A stretch of DNA of 59,786 nucleotides, filler included, from Dugesia japonica (Eukaryota): assembly GCA_001938525.1 (NCBI GenBank). It is 5 parts of 5 records of this genome, joined end to end, with 100 filler letters (N's around TTAATTAATTAA, not from the genome) between each part and the next. Parts side by side here need not be neighbours in the genome. Positions count along the whole stretch, not along the records: positions 44,048 to 59,786 come from MQRL01573352.1; 4 more parts are not named here. The stretch is one strand, 5' to 3'. Both the position numbers and the translations under genes were made by a program. The notes under the pieces are model-generated. The model saw only the letters and a list, made by a program, of their open reading frames with translations, was not told where the DNA came from and ran no database searches. Positions 50,818 to 59,786 of the stretch are shown piece by piece (position 1 is the stretch's first letter; the number at the start of each line of letters is the position of its first letter).

Positions 50818-52480
50818 TAATCACAATTATTGCGAGAATAGTTGTTGAACTTAACCATTGACTGGATTTGAGATTTCATTAAAACAAAGTAATAGCTACG
50901 ATCAAATGAAATTGTTGTTTTACAGATATTCAAATTTTCGACAANNNNNNNNNNNNNNNNNNNNNNNNNNNNNNNNNNNNNNNNNNNNNNNNNNAGCAGT
51001 TCTGAATCTACGAGTGATAACTAGAAATATTTTATAAATTATTTACTGCAATATCACATGAGTTTTTTATTGATCTTATGAATATTTTTCCGGATTAATT
51101 CTATACCTGAAATTTCTTATTTATCTGCAATCTCTTCTTTTATTATGTGANNNNNNNNNNNNNNNNNNNNNNNNNNNNNNNNNNNNNNNNNNNNNNNNNN
51201 NNNNNNNNNNNNNNNNNNNNNNNNNNNNNNNNNNNNNNNNNNNNNNNNNNNNNNNNNNNNNNNNNNNNNNNNNNNNNNNNNNNNNNNNNNNNNNNNNNNN
51301 NNNNNNNNNNNNNNNNNNNNNNNNNNNNNNNNNNNNNNNNNNNNNNNNNNNNNNNNNTCGGGAATATGATGACTTTTTGATAGATTATAACATTATTAGA
51401 ACATTATTATAAAATTGTTTATATTTTATTAAAATTTCATTGGTTATTATATTCAAATGTAATATCGAAATTTTAATTAAATTGGAATTTTTAATGATTA
51501 AATTCGTATTTTATTTTTAAATTTTAAAATTTAATTAATTATAATTATCATAAATTATATTAACTTTATTCAATGGAATAAAATAATTTATAAAAAAAAT
51601 TTCATTGATATTAAATATTATATTATTTTTATTATTTAAAATTTTTTAAAATTTTGTTTTAGATTTTGTGTTTTTATTTATTTTTTCAAATTAAATTTTT
51701 TTATTTATTCACTTTTTATTAAATTTAATTTATTGATATTTATTTAAATTATTATAATTATTAGAAATCACATTGATTTTAGCTTTATCCTCTTTAATCA
51801 AAATTTGTTCATGTTGTTTTCTGTGAAGTGTAGAAATGTAGTTTGTACCTAATGTTTTTCGTGTAATATAATGTTTTTCTGGTGAAATATTATGTTTGTG
51901 TTGAAAGTGTTTGAAGACTTCACTTTATTTCTGTTTAAGATGTTCCTTAATTCTTGTTCGGATGGTTCTGCATGTTTCACCTATATATGTTTATTGACAA
52001 ATGGTGCATGTTATTTTATAAGTGATTTTTTTCTTNTTGCATATATTTCTACCATCACAAATGCATTTGGGACCACAAANNTTTTGTCTTGGTTTCTGTA
52101 ATTGGATACCCAAAGGTGCTTGCGTTTTAAATATAACTGTTGGATTATTTTTGAGTTTTTATTATGTTTTGCATGATTTGGTTACATTTCTCATTAATAA
52201 AAGGTAATTTAATTACTGTATTTGTCTTTTGTTTGATTTTATTAAATTTTATATTCGAGGATAAATACTTAGATACAATTCTATTTGGATAGCCATTATT
52301 TCGAAATTTATATTTTATCAGCCTGAGGGAAGTCAGTATCATTTCTTTATTTGTAGATAGTCTTTCCGTTCTTATTCTTTTACTCTTGATTATTCCAATT
52401 TTCTGACTGGAGGTAGTATTACTACTCCTAGGTAATATGGTTTCATACATTTTTATATTTTATATTTTTGTATGTAATTT
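50818..52480 (-). mobile_element. Penelope-like element remnant (RT thumb, GIY-YIG, pLTR with partial hammerhead)
   Basis: FRNNGYP, IKLPFI, YKITCTICQ*TYIGETCRTIRTRIKEH. On the same strand, GTCGAAAATTTGAAT at 50928-50943 is cut by a gap. Confidence 0.85.
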
Positions 52481-54246
52481 TCTTTTAATTCAAATTGCGT
52501 AACACTTTTTGAATCTATGTTTCAGATAATACGTTTAATCGTATTTTTTAATATTTATCTTAAATTAATATTAATATTTAAGTTAATATTTATCTTTAAC
52601 ACTATTTAGTTTACCTTTTTGTTTTGATCGCTACCAGGAACTATTTTTCTCTAAATATTGAATAAGAATTCATTATATCAATCCAAAAAAAGTAATTACA
52701 GATCCGAACAACAGTAAATTTCAGATAAAAACTCTGAAATCAAATAAAATTCTAAAATAGAAAAAATATCACTAAATTGTTAATAACCAGAAATTTAGAA
52801 TGATGAAAGAAAATAGATTAAGATTAAATTTAAAATCGTTCATTAATTATGCAATTTTTTAATTAAATAATAAACATTGAATATTATGATAATATTGATT
52901 ATGGCTTGGGTTTAAATTTGCCCATGATTTAACCAGTTTTATTGGTAGAGTGGGTGATATCTCTTTATACACAATTGAAAAGAAAAAGGTTATTATTAGG
53001 GCTTGGGCCTACATACCCTACATTAAGAAAACTTTCTTCTGTGGATAACATTTATTTTCAAAAACAGTTGTTGAACAATAAATAAATGAATAAAAATTCT
53101 ATCTACAAAATTAAAATAATATTACAAAATATTACATTAAGATGTTACAAATGTTTAATCTAAAAAATAATTATACAAAAATACTTTTCTTTATTCAACT
53201 TTTAATTATTAAAAAATCTATAAACCTTACGAATTGATTTTTACCAAAGATGAATAAATTTCCTAAATAATACTTACAAATTTAACTCCGTTTTTAAAAA
53301 TCTNCCGTCAATATTATTTAANCAAAAGTTTCTAAAATTTCTCAATACACAAATAATACTTCCATCAATTATACACTCATAAAACATAAAAACACTTAAA
53401 ACATTTAAGAAACATACATTTCCTCACAGTTATAAATTAGTTTTCATAAAATTGTAGATATATTTGAGTAGATATTAATGATTTTTATTGATTTGAATGT
53501 GAATATTTTATATTTTGATATGTTCATTAAATTGATGTGTTCGTTAATTGATTGTGTCATACCTTACGAAATCATTGAAAGTTTGCCCAATATAAAAGAG
53601 AAAAATTATGGAATAAATATTTTTACTAGCATTTTTTTGACTTCTTACATGGCGACCACTCTATCGACCCAGAAATATTTACAAATACTTTGACAACCAA
53701 AAATATATAAAAATTGGATCATATTTTTATATGATATAAGACTGTATAATGATGAAAGAAACATTGTTATTAGACACTGTCTTATGTTCCATAATAAAGA
53801 AATAAATTTTAAGGAAAATAAAATTTTGCCATTTATCTAGATACTCTAATAAATTACAGAAAAGGTGATGATTCAATTGAAACATGCATTGCCAAAATCG
53901 AGAAAAATATCAAAAAGGTGATAAAACACAAAATAACATTGACCAAGCCTATTTCTTCTGACAACTTGAATGAATCTAAATCGTTAAAGAAGACTATCGT
54001 TGAAAATTTGGATTTCTAACAAGAACTTTTAAATACACAGATTTTGATTTAAGCTTTTTAATCGGATCAATGTTTAAGTTATTCGAATAATAATTGTAGT
54101 TGTATTATATCACTTCAATTCATCAACCATAAAATTAAATTTTTGCCCATTTTTAAATATAANNNNNNNNNNNNNNNNNNNNNNNNNTTCTTCCAATAAA
54201 ACTACATTACATATTTTAACTAATAATCTGCTTGTTGGCATATTAT

Positions 54247-54310
54247 AATTTCTGCTTCTTACGTCACAGGTAGGCAAATTAAGGCCCGCCTAAAGGTTCT
54301 ATCTGACCCA
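54247..54310 (+). mobile_element. hAT-type MITE/TIR end
   Basis: CAGGGTAGGCAAATTAAGGCCCGC resembles Charlie/SPIN-like TIRs; no partner end was found. Confidence 0.35.
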
Positions 54311-54874
54311 ATGAAAATATAAAAAAAATTATATTCATGAAAAGACACGCAAAACGGTATCGAAACATGAAAATCATTAATAATCATTATTGTTAGTAAA
54401 ATAACAAAATTAAGAAACAGAATGGATTCATTTTTTTAAAAAATATAGATCAGTTGTAATAAAGATTTACTAATAAATTTATAAATAAATTCTAATTCTA
54501 AGAGATTTTTCCATTCTTCTCTTACGTAATTTTATGTTGCACCCGTCGTTTAGAGTGCGTATAGACAATATTTCTTCCGCTGTTTCCCATAAAGCAAAGG
54601 AGATAAGTAAAGTGTTATTTGTCTATAAATTTTAAGAAGTATTTGTCGAGAAGAAATAGGTATCACAACTAGTTATTTTTATTGGTTTCGCGTATTTTGT
54701 AAATAATATTTAAATTGTTAATCATTTTTGTTGAGTTTTATCTTTTACATTAAACCATGCATTTTGGAGAAATTATTAGATGAGTTAAAAGATTATTTTT
54801 AAAACCATACGAAGTAAGTTTTATTTAATTAGGGCTACCATTGATTTCTAAAATATTTATATAAACTGATGATC

Positions 54875-55397
54875 AGTAGTGCGATAGTAGCGCTTTGTCA
54901 CAATTTTTTCTGTCCAAATTTGGAGGGGACCGACAACTGCATACGATTGTGCCAGAATTTCTTTGCCACTTTTTTTAAGCGGTTATCACTCAACTAAAAT
55001 TGTGCCACTATTTTTTAAAGCGGTTGTCACTCAAGTCGGATTGTGCCACTATTTTTAAAGTGGTTGCACTCAATTTTGTGTGAATCGGGTGGATTTATCG
55101 AGTGATCGGAGTTTTGATCGGATTAGAAATTTTGGATTGGATCAATTTTGTTTTAATCTTTTTTTAGCTTTTTTTTAAAAATCTTTTTTTTACTTTTTTT
55201 TAAACTTTTTTTTAGGGGAAATTTTAATTTTTTTTATTAAAGGGTGTTGTGAGGTTTTGAAGTCTAAATATATATGCTTTGGGCAGTCTTGATATTTTGC
55301 ATGAGATGACTGGGAATCTCTATACTTTGTATGCGGGAAATCTCTATATTTTGTGTGATATGGTGGGATACTCTATATTTAGCATGGGATGGAGCAG
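54875..55397 (+). mobile_element. Probable Maverick/Polinton terminal repeat, copy 1
   Basis: Starts AGTAGT, the Polinton terminus motif. It is homologous to 57098-57720 and contains about 3 units of a roughly 40-bp repeat. Confidence 0.65.
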
Positions 55398-55399
55398 AC

Positions 55400-55900
55400 T
55401 TAAAGATTAAACAAAGCATATATAAACAGTGGTTTAACAAGTTCAACAATGGTGACACAAGCCTCGAAAACAAACCAGGCTTCGGTAGACATGTATGTAT
55501 TAGAGGAAGGCACCATGCGGGAGTCTTAAAAATCCAATCCGTCTCACTACGCGTCAATTGGTAGGTAGACTTGAATCTTCAAAATAACTATAAATCGCCA
55601 TTTTTACACAATGGATAAAAACTTTAGAGCTCCTAGTATCAATCGTTATGAGTTGACAAAAGATTAGGCAACCAAAACGCTTCAAATTTTGAAAATACTG
55701 TTAAATAAAAATTTGGACGAACCGTGTTTTAAAAGGATTGTTACAACAAATGAAAGGTGGATATTGTTAAACGATTCCAAGAAAAACAATGGCAATGGCC
55801 CTCCACAAATCAATCACTTAATTATTATACTAAACTTCATCGATTTGAAAAACAGGTCATGATTTATGTTTTAAGGACAATCCTAGGCTACATGTTTCAC
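55400..55900 (+). mobile_element. mariner transposase remnant
   Basis: KQWFNKFNNGDTSLENKPGFGR, RYELT (PHEL), CFKRIVTTNERWILL (RIVTGDEKW), KQVMIYV. Confidence 0.8.
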
Positions 55901-55959
55901 CGAAATCAAAGGAAACTATCAACAATTTTAATGAAATTGACATACTACTGCATCCATAA

Positions 55960-56950
55960 TATTTGTCAGACATTGTAGATTAATTTTACTGTGAATTATA
56001 GTTAAATTGCAGCACTCGACATTCAGCTTGGCTTATTGCTAGATTTAGCAAGTAATTGCTCTATAGCTAAGTTTTTGATTCTGACTTATCTTACAAAGTA
56101 AAGATATATGAAAGATCAGTGTCTATCTTCCTTTGATATTATTTTTTAAGCCATACACTGAGAGGACTTTTCTATAGTTGCGCATCAGCGTCAACCATCA
56201 CTTGATCGACTATTTTGCTACCGATGATGTATAAAATCTTCAAGTACAGTTTTTGGTTTCTTGTTTAAATAGGAAAATTTGAACTCATCTTTTATGTAAA
56301 TGTTCTATTCAGCTCGAGTCATCATTCTTATAAAACTTATTTTATTGAACGTTTCGAGCAGAATTCAAACTGACTATCTGATGGAAACCCGAAGAATGAT
56401 TAAGGCATTTGGCGCTATGATAATACATATATGTGATGATCTGTTGTAGAAGAGGTTTTGAATAAATCACCTGTCTTCAGAAATTTTGCCATGAAATTAT
56501 TAAGATAATATTATCTTCTTTCATTAAAAAATATTTATAAATGGATAAATTAAATATGAATTAAGAGAATTAAATAAATGTATGAGTTCCAAATTAAGAA
56601 TATAATTTAAAAATATCTTATAACAAGATTGTTTGTAAATGCTTAAACAGAATAAATAAATGAATGAGTCAAAAATTAAGGATATCATTCTAAAATATTT
56701 TACAATGAAATTGTTTATGAATACTTTAATACAATTAAGATTAAGAATAATATATAATTTGGAAAACAGTGCAAAAACGCTTTCATCGAATTCCATTCAA
56801 ACTAACGAACGATCTGCATATAATTTGTAAAGATGACAACATTCGTTGAATGAACATATATTATAGAGTGCTTATCTGTACATGGAGATTCTCGTTTGTA
56901 AGTGAAATAAATGAAATTAACCTTTTGAGATACATTTTTGAACTCTTCTT
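55960..56950 (-). mobile_element. Highly degenerate probable hAT transposase remnant
   Basis: Weak minus-strand motifs (a CxxH-like segment near 56840 and a TRWL-like segment near 56195). Confidence 0.3.
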
Positions 56951-57097
56951 GATCATAAATATATATATAAATTACCTAAAATTGGTTTGAAAACTACACT
57001 AATTAATTAATATTATTAAAACATATATCACATAAACTAAGGCTTTTGCTCTGTGTTTAACATCTGGAAGATATGGATCGAGTAGAAGAAGGATCAT

Positions 57098-57760
57098 AGT
57101 AGTCGGATAGTAGCGCACTGTCACAATTTTGAGGTGACCTCTACTCCTCGGGGGGCTCGACAACTTCTTACGATTGTGCTAGAATAATTGTGCCACTACT
57201 TTTTTAGGCGGCTGTCACTCAATTAAAGTTGTGCCACTATTTTCTAAAGCGGTTGTCACTCATGTCGGATTGTGTCACTATTTTTTAAGCGGTTGTCACT
57301 CAAGTCGGATTGTACCACTATTTATTTAAGCGGTTGTCACTCAATTTCGTGTGAATCGGGTAGATTTATGGATTGATTGGATCAGAAATTTTTAATTGGA
57401 TCAATTTTTTAATATCTTTTTTAATCTTTTATTTTAAAAATCTTTTTTTCTTATTTTTTTTAAAACTTTTTTTAGGGGGGAATGTTTGTTTTAATAATTG
57501 AAACGTTTTGGGTGAATTTTAATTTTTTATTAAAGGGTGTTGACAGGATTTGAAGTCTAAATATAAATATATAAATATATGTGCAGTCTTGATATTTTGC
57601 ATGATATGAGGGGGGAATCTCTATATTTTGTATTGTGTGTGGGAGATTTTATATATTTTGCATTGGGATACTATATATTTAGCATAAGGAGACTCTATAT
57701 TTAGCATGGGATGGGGCAGTATAAATACATATGCTCGTGGTAGTCTAAATACATATCCTC
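57098..57760 (+). mobile_element. Probable Maverick/Polinton terminal repeat, copy 2
   Basis: AGTAGTCGGATAGTAGCGCACTGTCACAATTTT start, with four units of GCGGTTGTCACTCA..GGATTGTGCCACTATTTT. Confidence 0.65.
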
Positions 57761-58614
57761 AATTTAATTAAATGTATTTAAGGAATAAGATATTAATTAA
57801 TTTTTTATAAGTTAATTAGTTGAAATAAATTATAAATAATTATTTTCATGCATTGTTTCAGTAACAGTCTTGTTTACCTTTGATATCATATGTACAGCCA
57901 GACGGAGCAAATCCATCAAGGTCTTTAGCATCCAATTTGAGTCGCTCATAATTGAACGTATCAATTAGCTTGTGTAGTTTTAACTAAGCTAAGCTCGATT
58001 ATAGTGTTTCTATCCGTTCACAATCAGACATGAATTGAACCATGCTACAATTGTTTTAAAAACAATCATCGTCAATAGTTGACTAGACTCAGATCCTCAA
58101 AATGGTCAGGAATTCCAAATCAACTGTTACTTATTCAATACATGGATTTTTTATATTATTTAGCATATATTAGACATCTTTGACACATTTTGACTAAATT
58201 AATGGAACCTTTAAATATCATAGACCATATTACTAAGGAACCTGTAATCATAATAGACCATATAATAATGGAGATTTTTATTTGATTTACCTAAATTTAC
58301 ATCAAATTAACATATAAAAGAAATAAACTCACCATTTTTAAATTCTTTATTGTTAATTCTCTATGTTTAATTTTAAATGCAATTAATTAAGTATGAAATT
58401 AAAAAAATCAATAAATATATTGATTTTTAAATTTTAATATAATAAATGCATTTGAAATTAAGAATGTGAATTCATATTCTCATAATTATAATAATTACAA
58501 TTATGATAATATAAAATTAAGCATGCAATTATCATTGATTGTTTGTTGATGTTGTGTTGCATCCTTATTGCATGTATATTGCAATTATTAATAAAAATAT
58601 TTTTTTATCCAAGA

Positions 58615-59786
58615 GATTGCTCAGTCTTGACATTTGGCAGTCTTGATACTTTAAATATTATTGCAAGAATTTAGGCACTTTTGAAATTTTGGATATTATT
58701 GCAAGAAATTGGGCAGTTAAAAATATTCAAAGAGGGGAATCTGTGTGATATTTACATGATAAAATATATACATCAAAAACGTCATAGAGGAGAGTCTTAG
58801 TGATATTTACATGATAATATATTTAAATTAAAACATTTTTTTGCAAGCTGATAAAAAAACAGAACATTTTTCAAAAATTTATTAGCTAAATAATTTTCTA
58901 TAAAAAAAACATATTACTAGTGACAATTTTCTATAAAAAAAACATATTACTAGTGACAATTTTCTATAAAAACATATTATTGATACAATTTTTAATAAAA
59001 AATCTCATTAGACATGCAATTTTTAATAAAAACTCTCATTAGCCATGCAATTTTTCTATAAAAATAACATAATAGCTGAGAACATTTTTGAGAACAAAAT
59101 GATAAAAACATAGAACTTTTTTTTCATAAAATTCTTAAATTCATGGAACCTTTCCATATATAACTAATAAGTTTATATAAAATACTTATAAGAAAATATT
59201 TTTCTGATTGTATAGGTATTGTATTATTTACATAATAAACCTGTATTATTATTTAAATAGTTTTTGTGTAATATAGGGTTTTCGACTATACTATTTGCAT
59301 AGTTACCTTGTATTATTTACATAACAACCATGTATTATAAGGATTATGAGTTTATTATTTACATATTATTTACATATTATTTCTATAGTTACCTTGTAGT
59401 ATTTATATAGCAACCGTGTATTATAGGGTTTGAGAGTGTATTATTTGCATAGTTACCTGGTATTATTTACATAATATCCATGTATTTCAGGGTTTATTAG
59501 TATATAGGATTTATGAATGTTGATCATTTTCATATTTTTAATTTAAAATTACTGCATAAATATCTCATAAGTAAATATTTTTATGAGTGTATATGATTTA
59601 TAAGTGTATGGGGTTTATGATTGTGGGACATTTTCATATAAATAACTTATAATTACTGTATAAATACCTTATAAGTAAATACATTTAGGAATTTAGATGG
59701 GCTTATGAGTGTATACGGTATATTATTGTTGAAAATTCTCATAAAAATAACTTAAAGGTACTGTAGAAATATAAGTAAATTTTTAT
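58615..59786. repeat. Degenerate tandem-repeat zone (about 32-bp AATTTTCTATAAAAAAACATATTACTAGTGAC and GTATTATTTACATA-type units)
   Basis: Visible imperfect tandem units; shares GCAGTCTTGATA with the AGTAGT-terminal repeats. Confidence 0.7.

Noticed and set aside
54944-57352. Roughly 40-bp repeats as a CRISPR-like array
   Set aside because: The units are tandem with near-identical spacers, there are no cas genes, and they lie inside a eukaryotic TE terminus.

Overview
Very AT-rich, gap-riddled draft assembly of an invertebrate genome. The short introns and the repeat repertoire would fit a triclad flatworm, but this is inference. At least five pieces are joined by artificial N44-TTAATTAATTAA-N44 linkers. 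Host genes: three exons of a PDZ-domain gene around an 8.8-kb TE-filled intron, the 7TM exon of a family-B (Methuselah/adhesion-like) GPCR, an intronless SNIP1-like FHA gene, the last two exons of a CaMKK, a probable METTL23-like last exon, and OGT-TPR and PIM-like kinase fragments. Most of the rest is nested TE debris: Ty3/Gypsy, hAT, piggyBac, MULE, Merlin, mariner, pogo, Helitron, a non-LTR RT, Maverick/Polinton ends, and Penelope-like elements with at least five minimal hammerhead ribozyme motifs. The standout is a 3,105-bp TG...CA insertion (25942-29046, 4-bp TSD GAAC) that looks like a giant solo LTR. It carries its own CCAAT/TATA/Inr promoter, a spliced leader and four short ORF cassettes. 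The leader exon ends in A and three cassette acceptors begin with TG, so alternative splicing would assemble the ATG of each protein.
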